A stretch of 62,356 nucleotides of DNA, counting the filler, from Nemertoderma westbladi (lineage: Eukaryota; Animalia; Xenacoelomorpha), in the NCBI GenBank assembly GCA_032718475.1. It is 4 parts of 4 records of this genome, joined end to end, with 100 filler letters (N's around TTAATTAATTAA, not from the genome) between each part and the next. Parts side by side here need not be neighbours in the genome. Positions count along the whole stretch, not along the records: positions 22,283 to 44,042 come from JAUCBJ010004028.1; 3 more parts are not named here. One strand, given 5' to 3'. The position numbers and the translations under genes are program-made. The notes beneath the pieces are model-generated. The model did not search any database and was not told the origin of the DNA. It worked only from the letters and a program-made list of their open reading frames with translations. The first letter of the stretch is position 1. The number at the start of each line of letters is the position of its first letter. Below, piece by piece: positions 25,046 through 37,688 of this stretch.

Positions 25046-26145
25046 ACTGTTTTCCGTTATCCACCTTCGGTAAATATAAAATATTATAAATAATTAGGCC
25101 CATACATTGTAATGTTTAGGTTGTTTAGACACAAATTTTCACTTTTCAATAATATGTACACTATAGCATGTAGCCTACTGGTACATTATAAAGCCTATGC
25201 AGCTATGGTTCAGAATGATCAATAGGCGATAAAACTCATAATATCCAGCAGTCCAGGTAGCTAAATAATTGCACCAGCGTTGCAGCGTAAATACTAAAAT
25301 GCCTTAGTGCTTTAGGGTAACTGTAGTATGAATCCTTAACAGTTCCCCAAAGGCAGTTTAGAATTCTGGAATTTAGTTGAAATTCATTATTCGCTGAGAT
25401 CCGGATATTTATAAATTTTATCATTTTTTTTAAAGATAATAGATAGAATAGAATAGATAGATAAAGATAACCCTACTGTATAAGTGTGTGTACTGTCTAG
25501 GCCTACTGTCAGTCTGTATAACACACAATATTAAATTGATAAAGTATTAGGCCTACTTAGTTGTTAGTTCATGTGGTTCAAATTCAACATAATATTAAAA
25601 AGTTAATAATTAATTATCGCATACAAAAGATAAAATATGTATATCCTATCACTTAAATTCCAATGCGAATCAGGCTCAACTTAACTAGTAACCTGCTGCC
25701 AGATAACGAGTACCACGTAAATCTATACTAATTGCATTGCAGTTAGTTGATTTGGATATACGGTACTTCTGTACTTACACTGGGCCTACAGTTTTACAGT
25801 ACATTACTGTAGTCCTACCTAAAATGAAAGGCTGAACCGCCCGGAGATATCACTTAACCAGCTCACGGATTATACCGCTACATATTGTAGGCCAAACTAT
25901 CGCCCATGTGACTGTGACAGTGTGAAGAATACCCGTTTTTCATCCTACGTTATGCTAGAGAACATAAACAGTGTAATCTGGCAATGACAAATCCATATGA
26001 TTGCTTCGTAAACGCTTCATAAGATCCCATTGGTGGAATTGTATTATGCATAACAACCAATTAAACCCGGTTTTGGGTGGCCCTTATAACTGCGGATTCT
26101 AATTGGAGATTAATTGAATTATATCGGCCAATGAAAGGACAGTTT

Positions 26146-26858
26146 AGTACTGCAGTAATAAATATTTGCTACTGCAGTAACAAATAATTATTACTGCAGT
26201 AACAAATAATTATTACTGCAGTAGCAAATATTTATTACTGCAGAAATAAAAAAATTTTTTTTTACTGCAGTAACAATTATTTCTTACTGCAGAAAAAAAA
26301 ATTTTTGTTTATTACTGCAGTAATAATTATTTGTTACTGCAGTAATAATTATTTGTTACTGCAGTAATAAATATTTGCTACTGCAGTAATAAATAATTGT
26401 TACTGCAGTATTAAATTATTGTTACTGCAGTAATAAATAATTGTTACTGCAGTAATAAATAATTGTTACTGCAGTATTTAATTATTGTTACTGCAGTAAT
26501 AAATAATTGTTACTGCAGTAATAAATATTTGTTACTGCAGTAATAAATAATTGTTACTGCAGTAAGAAACAATTGTTACTGCAGTAATAAATAATTGATA
26601 ATTGTTACTGCAGCAATAATTATTTGTTACTGCAGTAACAAATATTTATTACTGCAGTAACACATATTTATTACTGCAGTAACAATTATTTATTACTGCA
26701 GTAATAAATAAATTTTTTTTTTTACTGCAGTAACAAATAATTCATACTGCAGTAAAAAATAATTTTTATTTATTACTGCAGTAATTAATAATTTATACTG
26801 CAGTAACAATTATTTATTACTGCAGTAACAAATATGGAGGCATTTTTCTTGTTTCATA
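26146..26858. repeat. ~21-bp tandem array with palindromic core TTACTGCAGTAA ending in a probable transposon terminus (...gtttCATA)
   Basis: About 30 units in mixed orientation, then aaatatggaggcatttttcttgtttcata. Same position relative to a HECT gene as the right TIR of 30584-43418. Confidence 0.7.
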
Positions 26859-27179
26859 GAGGTTTTTATTCATTTATATTTTCACCCTTTGGAGACGCCG
26901 TAGTCAATCACCCAATTGGCAGGCTGCTAACTACATTGCAAAGAGGGAAGGAAGAGTTGGTTGGCTTTGCTTGGCTGGGTTTGGTTTAGGCTAGAAAGAG
27001 GCTACAGCAATAAGTATGCTGGGATGGTAATAATGTTAAAGTATAACCTTAAAGTTGACTTTCTCAACTTAAGTTTTTTGTCTGCGGATTGCGTGCATTT
27101 CATACTTTTAATTGAGGTGTGTTTGTTTGTTGTAAAATTATAACACTAAATACAATTCACTTTCATATGATACTGATGT

Positions 27180-27392
27180 TAATTGCATTCTTACTTACTA
27201 CTTAGCAATTATTAATTAGAAATTATACAAATAAAATAAATATTGGGTTGTACGTACTTCAAAGATAAATACATCAGTACATTGCAAAACAAATCTCATT
27301 AAGTAATTAATTGCATACTTACTACTTAGAAATTATTAATTAGAAATTATACAAATAAAATAAATATAGGGTTGTACGTACTTCAAAGATAA
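27180..27392 (+). repeat. Tandem direct duplication of ~88 bp
   Basis: taattgcat...gttgtacgtacttcaaagataa appears at ~27180 and ~27308. Confidence 0.8.
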
Positions 27393-28136
27393 CGGAACGA
27401 TCGTAGGAGTTTCTCAGATCCATTTGATATTAGACCCATTCATCGGCATCCACATCGAAACTATGAGTCCCCCTATGTCCCCCTATTGTACACAGTTATT
27501 TTACAGGATGGATCGAAAAAAAACAGTTTTAGAAAAGAAATTAAAAAAATACAAATAAATAAAATTAAAATTAATTAAAATTCAAAATTAATAAATCGGG
27601 AATGTCACGATTGGGGGTACCTACATTTTTCAGGCAGTTTACAGTAGTAGTGGCTGCTTCAACCCTAATTAAAACTAATAAAAAATGTATTATTTTGTAT
27701 TACTGCTGTATTGCATTTGTAGTTACCGGAAACGGTGACTGTACCAATAAATAGGAATATAATAAAGTAAATATATAAATTATGGGATTAAGATCAAATA
27801 GTTAGATAGTAGTTGGACACGCCTTTGGTACTAACGATCGCAATATGGTAAAACTAGGAAGGCCATGGAATATCTTAAGAAAGTGTGAATTTAATGAATG
27901 ATCACAACCATTTATAATGGGCCCATTTGGGCCAGTCTTTCTCTGACCTCAATATGATTGACCTTGCAACCTCCATATTATATTAATATTATATTAGTCC
28001 AAAGTTAAAAGGCCCTGCCCTGACCCATGGCATGAAAGACTATTTAACTCCGGTACAACCAACCACTTCACACCCAACTAATAATAGTAATCAAGGCCTC
28101 TCTCTCTGGCCACTCCATTGTATTCATTGTCCATTG

Positions 28137-30480
28137 ATAGATTAGATTAGATATTTATTGACATTGTATATGTAACAACATATAAAGACGCACCGCAAGA
28201 ACACAAAATATATGAAGGTACCATTACATTGTCTGGTTAATATATACACTGCCCACCGCATTGATCTATCTTAAATTAACATACATACAATACATTGTAG
28301 TATTAGAATAGTACAGCCAATTTAGAATAAATAACTTTATGACATATATAGATATAAATATAAATATATACAATTTCAAATGGATTATCAAGATTTTAAA
28401 TAGATTGTCAACATGTACTACACTATATACGCGATATTTACAGATAGGTATGAAATATAAACAAATAGAGCATTACAGTAATATTAATCGTTTCAAGAAC
28501 AATAAGCAAAGCAATGCTGGGCAAGCCACGAAGTTCGGCGAGCCACTGAACAATTTGCAATTCACTGCCGAATGGTTCAATAATTAACGTTATACAGACA
28601 TTACAGTACGTTACATTGATTAGAATAAATAAATAAATATACATGGATACAACTAAATAAATAAATATGAGAATCTTATTGGCTTATTAGCCAATATGGC
28701 CTTTGAGCACACATAGTGCACGGTGTACTAAGCCTATTGTGCGAGGGTTTTGCAAGTCATTGAGAGACGTTATGCAGAATGGGTGTAGGGAATCCCGATC
28801 GTTCTTTAGAAGAGGACAATCTTTCAGAATGTGTAGCTCGGTCTGGGTATCCCCGCAAGCTCAAATTCGGTTGCTACACAATTCAGTTTCGGTCGGTACA
28901 ACTCCATCGTCCATGCTCTACGACCAGGTTTGTGTGACGGGATCAGAGGATCCCGACTGGTTTGGTTTATATACGCGTCAGCCGCACCGTGTGATTGGAA
29001 AAGATAAGAGTTTGTTGTTCCGATGTTATTGATAAACTTGAACTGAGATATATATAATATAGGTGATAGCAGATAGCACAGTTGACCGGTAATAATATGA
29101 TTGAGTAAACTGAATTGTGATGGGCACTGACCGGTAATATATATTGGTTAGCTACATTACTTATGGCCATTGTACCTAGCGGATGCATTTCCTGGCTCTG
29201 ATTGGCCAACAACCTAATTCTCGGCTCTCAACTCTGTGGGAGTGTTTCCCCCCCCCCCCCCCCCCCCCCCCGCTGCTGTCACTTTCCTCTCCCGGAGGTT
29301 TAACCTCTGACCTCCCTTTTGTGTGGCCCTTCAGGGTTTGTTGTCCCCGTTTATTGGGTGTGTGATACGAGGTTAATTGGGGATTAACCTCGTATCCCCA
29401 ATATTGCTTAAAGGCGCCACTTCCCACTTTATGGGGGTTGGTGAGGCGGAATTGAATCCGCTCACAGTTTGTAGACGTCAAGCGAAAGCGGGAGCAGCTG
29501 ATTCTCAATTTCTCATCTACAATGGACCCTGAGCTGTAGACTGACGGTTTGTCTAGGTTCGGGTTCACCTCACGATATATTGACATTCGCGTGGAAGTTG
29601 CGCTTGCGATTGTGGTTTTTATAGTCGTACGTCTGGCTTGCAATGGATTCTGGTCGTCTGCAACAATCTTGTCTATCGTCTTGGCCATTCTAGTCCCGGA
29701 CTGCCTGCACATATCAAGCACCATAATTAGAGGTTCATGCAAATCTGGTTTAGCTAGAATTCCTTTCAGGAATTTTCGCTGTTTGTGCTCGACTAGAGAT
29801 TTCGGATCTGGATCGCCACTTTCAGTGAATAGTGTTTCACGCACTGTGTTCAGACGAAACCCTATTGTACTGCACAACATCTTGCAATATTTTGAGTATA
29901 TCTCAATAGGCTGATTCCCAAGCCAGGTTTCGCAGCTGTAAAAAAAACTGGAAATTATTGCGGCTCTAAATCCATATAATTTCAACCATACTGGCATAAA
30001 GTTGTGTTTATCAAGGAAACCATAGAATTTGAATTTGGTTATTTGCTTAGATTTTTCGGTCAAATGAATATTATACACGGTTTCCAACTTACCATCCTGT
30101 GTTATGGGAGCCCCGAGGTACACATAATAATCACAATTTTTAACGATTAATGTCTCATTGTCCGGTGATATAATACAGATCTCCGTCCTGTCCGATAAAG
30201 TACACCTTCCAACAGCCATAAATTTTGTTTTTTTAAGATTTATTATCATACCATACTCAGCACAATAACCCAACAAAATTTTCAGTTTTTTCAATAGCTC
30301 GTTCCCGTGTTGTTACAATGATTACTGAATCGTCCATCAAAATGAGGACGTGGAGCCACTTTAAAAAAACTGTCTGGTAGACAGAGCCGTAGTAGGGCTA
30401 TAAGGGGGTTCAAAAATATGGCGGAAAAGAAAGCAGCTGCGCGGGGGACACTTGTAGAGCACCCCTATCTGACCGATTGA
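28137..30480 (-). mobile_element. Degenerate 5'-truncated RTEX-like LINE
   Basis: RT remnants HVLILMDDSVII, INLKKTKFM and YVYLG. After removing the solo LTR the C-terminus reads RFRLTSTNLVVEHGRWS...ACGDTQTELHILKDCP. AATAAA and an (ATCTA)n tail near 28137-28160. Confidence 0.8.
28933..29466. mobile_element. Solo LTR (534 bp) inserted in the RTEX-like LINE
   Basis: TGTGA...TCACA termini and a 5-bp TSD GTTTG (28928-28932, 29467-29471). Excising it restores the LINE reading frame. Confidence 0.85.
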
Positions 30481-30583
30481 CACTATCTCCCAGAAATAGC
30501 TTGGTCTGTATAAGTGCCAATCAACTAGTTGGAGTGCGCTGGTGTAATGGTTCTCTACGAGGGTGTATCTCTAGGTAGACATC

Positions 30584-30736
30584 TACGGAAGCCCATAAGG
30601 GTCACCCTTTCGAATGTGCGTGTGCATTCCTAAAAAATTGCTAAAGCTGTCTATGTGAGTGTTTACCTCTGTGTGTGAGTGTATAGCTCTGTGTGTGAGT
30701 GTTTACCTCTGTGTGTGAGTGTATACCTCTGTGTGT
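30584..30736 (+). repeat. Outer part of left TIR
   Basis: Reverse complement of ~43266-43418, with (ctctgtgtgtgagtgtwtas) units. Confidence 0.92.
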
Positions 30737-31486
30737 AGGTGAACTGGTTCAAACAGGGGACAATTGCATGAATACACAGCGACAAACCGGGGACGATCTA
30801 CAATCCGGGGACGTCCCCGGAATGAAATGATATCAAAAATGGAATCTACGTACTAAAATTTAATGGATTCTGAAAATTTCAGATCATTTCGGCGATGTCC
30901 CCTGTTCCACCCAAACCTGTCAAATACGTGTGTAAATTTGTGTTGAGTTTTGAAAATTTCACCGACCCCAGTATAATGCGATGGTTTCAAGTGTCCCCAT
31001 TCCCATACAGTTAATATAACATTCCAAACACTCGTTGTAGTATGGGTGCTGTTGTTCAATGTGGGGACTGGAATCTACAATGTCATTAATATTTTGTGAT
31101 CTAATTAACATTTTGACCACACGCAGCAGTATGTGTGGCATGGTTCAAAATGGGGACTAGGAATTCATTGTCCCCTAAAAAGTAGAGATTAATTTTAAGT
31201 AAGTAGAAATATATATGTGTAATGTTGCAATTTGGGAATCAAATACTTTAGTAATAGTGTTTGTTTTAAAGCAGAATGACGCCCCCCACTCCCCTATATA
31301 CATATTATTTCAACAAATATTAAGAAATCAAATCGAATATATAATTTTTTGGGAAAGTTTCCTGATAAAAAACTTGATTTACATTTGCATATTGATTGCC
31401 TCGATACATTTATAGAAAGAGCAAGATTTATAATCAGTATAATTCAGTGTAACTTCAATGAAGTTTCTACTAAATGTCTATACAAT

Positions 31487-34400
31487 TTAATTTTGGAGAA
31501 GGCGTTCGCGGTTGTTGCGGCAGTAATCTTTTATGTTTCTCCATGTCCTCGATTGTAGAATTGGCTCACTTTCCTGGAGATTTTCAATCTCCCTTTTCCC
31601 AGGAAGCCTACGATGAAGTGTGCGGCGTAGACTGATAAGAGCGGCTATTTCGTCTGGTGACCACTTTTTCTTTATGATAGGAGACTTCCCTTTCCTTGGC
31701 GTGTAAGATTTCATAGGTGTTGGTGTGGGATCGACTTCTGGGTGGATATCATAGACGTCTTCCAACTCTTCCATGTCGCTCTCGGTTGTACAATAGTCGA
31801 CACAAATATCTACAATAGAAGATGCGGGGTTAAACTCAGTATCTCTTTGATTACTGTCATATGAAGTAGTATTTTTTTATTTATTAGTGCTTATGTTCAG
31901 CGGAAAAAATATATTACAAAATATATTAATTACTGACAAAACTGATTAAAACGAATAAATAATATTATTATAATATCCTATTAATATTAAATTAAAATAG
32001 AATATTAAATTTTGTTATTAATTTTATGCCTTTTAAATTACGTACAGTAATATATTTATGTCGCTTGATTGACCCTTGTTAAATAATTAAGTAAAATATA
32101 TTTTTTAGTTAGGTCATACCTTGAATCGAAATGAAACAGATGGAAGTAAAAGTATGGCTATTGTATACTGGAAGCAAAATAGTACAAACCTTTTTGGGAA
32201 CTGGATGTCTCCTCTACAAGATCGTTAGCTTGGATGGAAATATCGTTTATATTTCTTCCTCCTTCAGCATTTATAGTACCATTCTCCATAGCAAGAAACA
32301 ACTTGGTAAGCTTAGTTACACGTTGGACGTTATCAGGGAGACGATAAAAGTGTCGATGCACAGATTCACTATGTCCCATAAATTTAATCAGGAGATCCAA
32401 GTCGTTATCATTTAGACTAAGTATCTGTGCCGAAGTTGCGAGTTGCTTCCGTAGTTTAGTCGCACGTAGGGAGGCGTGATTTGAGACACCAGAATTCTCT
32501 GAATGCTTACGCATTGCATCACTTCCCCTAATGTATTCCTCGGAATCGTAATTGCTTCTAGGAAACAAGTAATTATTGCTCTCGATCACACCGGCTTCCT
32601 TACGATACTTTATTAATTCTCCCATGCAGCTAGCCATCTGCTGATCATAAAGGACTGGAAGAGTTTTACCATTTTTTCCGATTATTTCAGAGTACTCGAA
32701 TATCTTGGCGAGATGCTGTTCAATTGGACTAAGATGATCACAGCTATCTGTCACATCCGCCTTCCGTTTATGCTGAAAGTCAACAACCTTCATGCGGGCC
32801 ACTTCTCCTGAACGGCGCCTGTTAAACATAATTGTCCTGCAGAGCATCACTTCATTTAGAGTATTCCAATTACCTTTATTTAACACACCACCAATAGTGA
32901 GATTGTTCTGACATTCCGAAGCAGTTTTCTTGAGATAGCTTGTCATTGTTACAACATCACGATGCTTTGGCAGAATCACATCAACATTACGCTTTGCTTC
33001 CTCTAATGTTCGCAGAGCAGGAGCTGCTACCTCGTGGGTCCAATTACAACTGTGTATGGAGAGAAAATAATCGATATTATTAACTCTTGCATGATCTCCA
33101 TTCGCCATTGCATCACATTTAAGTACTTGGGCACATTTTTGCACAGCAAATCCAAGTCTTCTTGCCAATGATGGAATACCAAATGTACCTGATTCGTGAT
33201 CGAATGAACATTCCTTATGTACACATTCTACTACAACATCATGTAGATCGGACTGAATAAAGTGCTCAAGAGGTGCATTTGGTATATTAACATGATCTCG
33301 CAACTGTATAAGCAATCTGGCAACTTCTCTCATCTTATTTATAATATATGAACCAGCTTCCTTTTTATTGCGTTGTTTAAGAAGTTCTTTTTCAGCATAT
33401 TTTATTATAAGTTTATCTGATCTCACAACAGACGATATCCGATCAGGTTTCATTGGAGTCATTAGATCAGCCATAAAATCTTTTATTTCAAATTGGCTCT
33501 GCAGTGGTATAGGTTTAAGGAAGCGGCTTGTCTTAACTCTGGTGCCCCCTTTGCATTTCAAATGTTCAACTTGATAAATTACCTTATTGTTAATCTCACT
33601 GAAGCTCGATTTCGGATCTTGGTCACACTTATGTCTTCTAAGCTGTTTAAGATTAAACCAACCGAAGCAAAATGGACAAGGACCATATCCATTGTGTTCA
33701 ATCGTCAAACTATTATCTTTACTGCAAGGTCTATGAACTACTACAAGTTCACCCCTTCCTCGTTTCATCACATCAGAATTATGAAGATGATTTCCCATTT
33801 TTATAAGTTTCGATAATTTCAACTTCTGTTGAATTGATTTTTTTGGATAGCTCATATATTCTATTACTTCTTTCTCATTTGAATGGTGAACTTCGAAGTG
33901 TCTTCCAACTTTCGGTGTAGGTGCCTCACAGAACAGACAGAATTGTTTCTTGTCATATATACGGCGATTGCCCAAATTATGGGCTGCTAAAACTTTAATG
34001 GCTGGATCAGTCGTGTGAATATGTTCCATAGTGTCCACCTGTTCCATATTGTTGACGCCAGAAGTTGTCGATGCATGTGGTTCATGAAGGACATTAAGAA
34101 CTTTACGTTGCATTTTCTTGCTATAATTGGTATAATCTGATTCGGACTCAAATTCGGACTCAGAATTACTTGGAAATACATAATCCATATCAGAATCTTT
34201 ACCAGAATCATTTTCCGAATCAGAATCAGAATTGCATACATTGTTTTTATCTTCTTGAGAATTACCACAAACCATGTCACAGTTACCCACTGCCGGATTG
34301 CTGACATGTTGCTCACTGATGGAATCTACAAGTTCAGTATAGTTGCTGCACCATGTAAACTCCTTATCAATATCAAGAACATTGATGGTAGTTAAATCTG

Positions 34401-35981
34401 ATGTATCAAATAAGTCATGCCATGAATGCATGGTTTGCAAAACAACAGACGCAGTTAACCCTGCCCCACAAACCCCATCCTCCTCCAACGACCCTGGCCC
34501 ACTCACTCCTTCAACCTCCGACAACCCTGCACCACCCACTCCTTTAACCTCCGACGACCCTGCCCCACCCACTCCTTCAATCTCCAACGACCCTGGCCCA
34601 CTCACTCCTTCAACCTCCGACAACCCTTCTCCACCCACTCCTTCAACCTCCGACAACCCTGCCCCACCCACTCCTTTAACCTCCGACGACCCTGCCCCAC
34701 CCACTCCTTCAATCTCCAACGACCCTGGCCCACTCACTCCTTCCACCTCCGATGACCCTGCCCCACCCACGTCTTCAACCTCTGGCGCACCTGGCCCACT
34801 CACTCCTTCAATCTCCAATGACCCTGCCCCACCCACTCCTTTAACCACCGACGACCCTGCCCCACCCACTCCTTCAACCTTGGCGACCCTGGCCCACGCA
34901 CTCCTTCAATCTCCGATGACCCTGCCCCACCCACTCCTTTAACCTCTGACAACCCTTCTCCACCCAGTCCTTCAACCTCCAACGACCCTGGCCCACTCAC
35001 TCCTTCAACCTCCGACAACCCTTCTCCACCCACTCCTTCAACCTCCGTCAACCCTGCCCCACCCACTCCTTTAACCTCCGACGACCCTGCCCCACCCACT
35101 CCTTCAATCTCCAACGACCCTGGCCCACTCACTCCTTCAACCTCCGATGACCCTGCCCCACCCACGTCTTCAACCTCTGGCGACCCTGGCCCACTCACTC
35201 CTTCAATCTCCGATGACCCTGCTCCACCCACTCCTTCAACCTCCGACAACCCTGCCCCACCCACTCCTTCAACCTCTGGTGACCCTGGCCCACTCACTCC
35301 TTCAATCTCCGATGACCCTGCCCCACCCACTCCTTTAACCTCCGACGACCCTGCCCCACCCACTCCTTCAACCTCTGGCGACCCTGGCCCACTCACTCCT
35401 TCAATTTCCGATGACCCTGCCCCACCCACTCCTTTAACCACCGACGACCCTGCCCCACCCACTCCTTCAACCTCTGGCGACCCTGGCCCACTCACTCCTT
35501 CAATCTCTGATGACCCTGCCCCACCCACTCCTTTAACCTCTGACAACCCTTCTCCACCCACTCCTTCAACCTCCAACGACCCTGGCCCACTCACTCCTTC
35601 AACCTCCGACAACCCTGCCCCACCCACTCCTTTAACCTCCGACAACCCTGCCCCACCCACTCCTTTAACCTCCGACAACCCTGCCCCACCCACTCCTTTA
35701 ACCTCCGACGACCCGGCCCCACGCACTCATTTAACCTCCGACGACCCTGCCCCACCCACTCCGTTAACCTCCGACAACCCTGCCCCACCCACTCCTTTAA
35801 TCTCCGACAACTTTGGCACTTCATTATCACTCTGGATCTCTGCTTTATTGTCCAATCTTCTATTTGCTCTGCTTCTTTTTGGGTAGGATTTGATAACTTC
35901 CGTGATATTCCTCTTTCTTCTTGTTGTTTTCATTACCACTTCTCCTTCCTTATCAAACCCCATAAAGATGTCAGCATCCAT
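31487..35981 (-). pseudogene. Large tyrosine-recombinase protein: 11-aa Gly-rich repeats, Cys/His motifs, YR domain and a C-terminal Myb/SANT-like exon; two lesions
   Basis: Motifs FNRRRSGE, IGKNGK, TKLRK, FMGH and FYRLP. GT-AG intron 32189-31810 joins in frame to exon 31809-31487 (KKKWSPDEI...RTWRNIKDY). GGA>TGA at 35727-35729 and a 1-bp deletion near 34880, both inside the repeat. Confidence 0.85.
34450..35810 (-). repeat. Coding 33-bp minisatellite, about 40 units (EGVGGAGSSEV-like)
   Basis: Units such as gaccctgccccacccactccttcaacctccgac. Confidence 0.97.
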
Positions 35982-37688
35982 GTATATGACTTCCAAGTAT
36001 ATAGTGAACTATAATAAGACTGGTTAAGCGCAATAATTAATTCAGTATAAACATGACATACTTTATATATAAAAAAAATATGACGATTATATTTTCTATT
36101 AACACATTTTGTAAAAAGTAGCACTTTTTATAGGTCGGTCAGAGTGTGTTTAATACCTGAACGAAGCGAGTGTTAGAAAAAAAAAGTAGCTCAGAACGCG
36201 ATAAAATGCTTCTTTCTTATGTTTGTAATTTTCTATAATTATATCAACTTTACACATATAAACATGTTTGTTGTAAATCCCAGGCATAACATACATATAT
36301 AAGTTCAACTTTTTGATCCTATGACAATTTTCCAAGAACTGTACAAAGTTGATATGATTAGAGAAAAACACTTAAAATAATACATAAGCCAACGTATCGT
36401 ATGTTTTCAAATATATATATATATATATTTAGTACTAAAGAATTTAACTTGCTTAGTACCATAACATGTACCCTGTCATGCAATCATATGTATTCAATAG
36501 TATACATTACATACGGATTACACAGGAATATGTTGTGCCTGATTCAAACCGAGGACAATTGCATGAATACACAACGACAAACCGGGGACGATTTACAATC
36601 CGGGGACGTCCCCGGTATGAAATGGTAGCTAAAATACAATCTACATCAACATCATTTTCTTCTCCATATTCAGTACGTAATAAATGAATCTCTTATTAAA
36701 ATGTAACAATTTAGAAATGAAATGATACATGTATTGTTTTTTCTTATATATTAAGTAATTCAGAATTAAAGTATTAAACTATATTATCGACTGTATTAAT
36801 GTTACGAACATCATGTAGGCCTAGTCAATAATATACTTTTAGGCCCTGCATACTGCGAAATTGAATGAATGTTTCTTAGGTTCAGTTATACTTATTTATT
36901 TAAAGTTAATTGATCATTATCACAAATAGAAATAAAAATATTAAAATATTTTGTTTCAAAATTGCAATGCTTTTCAAAGTAAACGCACCCTAAAATTAAC
37001 TTCATGCCTGACATACAGATCTACATACATACATATACATACATGAAAACATTGTCTACTGGTTCAAAGTGGGGACAATTGCATGAATACACAACGACAA
37101 ACCGGGGACGATCTACAATCCGCGGACGTCCCCGGAATGAATTGGTAGCAAAAATGCAATCTACGTATGGTTTCCTCACATATTCAGTACGCAATCAAAA
37201 TCATATTGCAGAGTTAGTTACGAATACTGTACAAGGGTTTGAAGATTATGGCTGCTTGCCCATTGAACCTTTTCTATTACTCCTCAAGAATGTTCCAGAA
37301 CATTATTTGTTATCTAATCACATATCGTTTGACACGGCAGCACATTATTTAATGTTTAACATTCGGTAGAGTTAATGATTGTGTATACTCTACCTGAAAT
37401 GTGCTCAATCACACTGGGGACCGGGTCGTGATTGGACAAAAACTTAAACACACCAGTGAAATGTGTATGTATGATGTCCCCACTTCAACCCAAGAGTAAC
37501 AAATAAGCAATGTTTAGAGTTGATAAATTTTGAAACAATAGAATGACGTAAAATGGTCTCCTGAGTCTATTGGTGCCAAAATAATTTAATTTAAACCAAG
37601 AATAAAGAAGTTATAAGGAAATCAATATCGACCCCAGAACCGACCGATAGAAATAACGGTCCCCAGAATGGGGGTTGTACAAAGAGGG

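Larger units (their letters stand above)
30744..37168 (+). repeat. Three dispersed ~110-bp direct repeats, each with a 16-bp palindrome, inside the YR element
   Basis: Copies at ~30744-30852, ~36538-36646 and ~37058-37168. CCGGGGACGTCCCCGG at 30805-30820 and 36600-36615, and at 37120-37135 with 1 mismatch. Confidence 0.9.
30737..37688 (-). mobile_element. Tyrosine-recombinase (Crypton, CryptonV-like) element nested in the left TIR
   Basis: Flanked by GTGTGT direct repeats (30731-30736, 37689-37694). Removing it restores an intact 20-bp TIR unit. No TIRs of its own. Encodes a YR protein. Confidence 0.85.

Noticed and set aside
26146-26835. CRISPR-like palindromic repeat array
   Set aside because: Spacers are ~9 bp, AT-only and repeated rather than unique. 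No cas genes, and the context is eukaryotic.
28940-29473. Alternative boundaries for the LINE insert using a GACG 4-bp repeat
   Set aside because: TGTGA...TCACA ends with a 5-bp GTTTG TSD explain it better and restore the reading frame.
34343-34942. Pro/Thr/Ser mucin-like ORF on the + strand
   Set aside because: Antisense shadow of the 33-bp coding repeat of the YR gene.
36000-37400. SET-domain gene upstream of the recombinase, as I recall for some related elements
   Set aside because: No SET motifs (GxG, NHS, YDY) found in the ORFs provided or in the frames I inspected.
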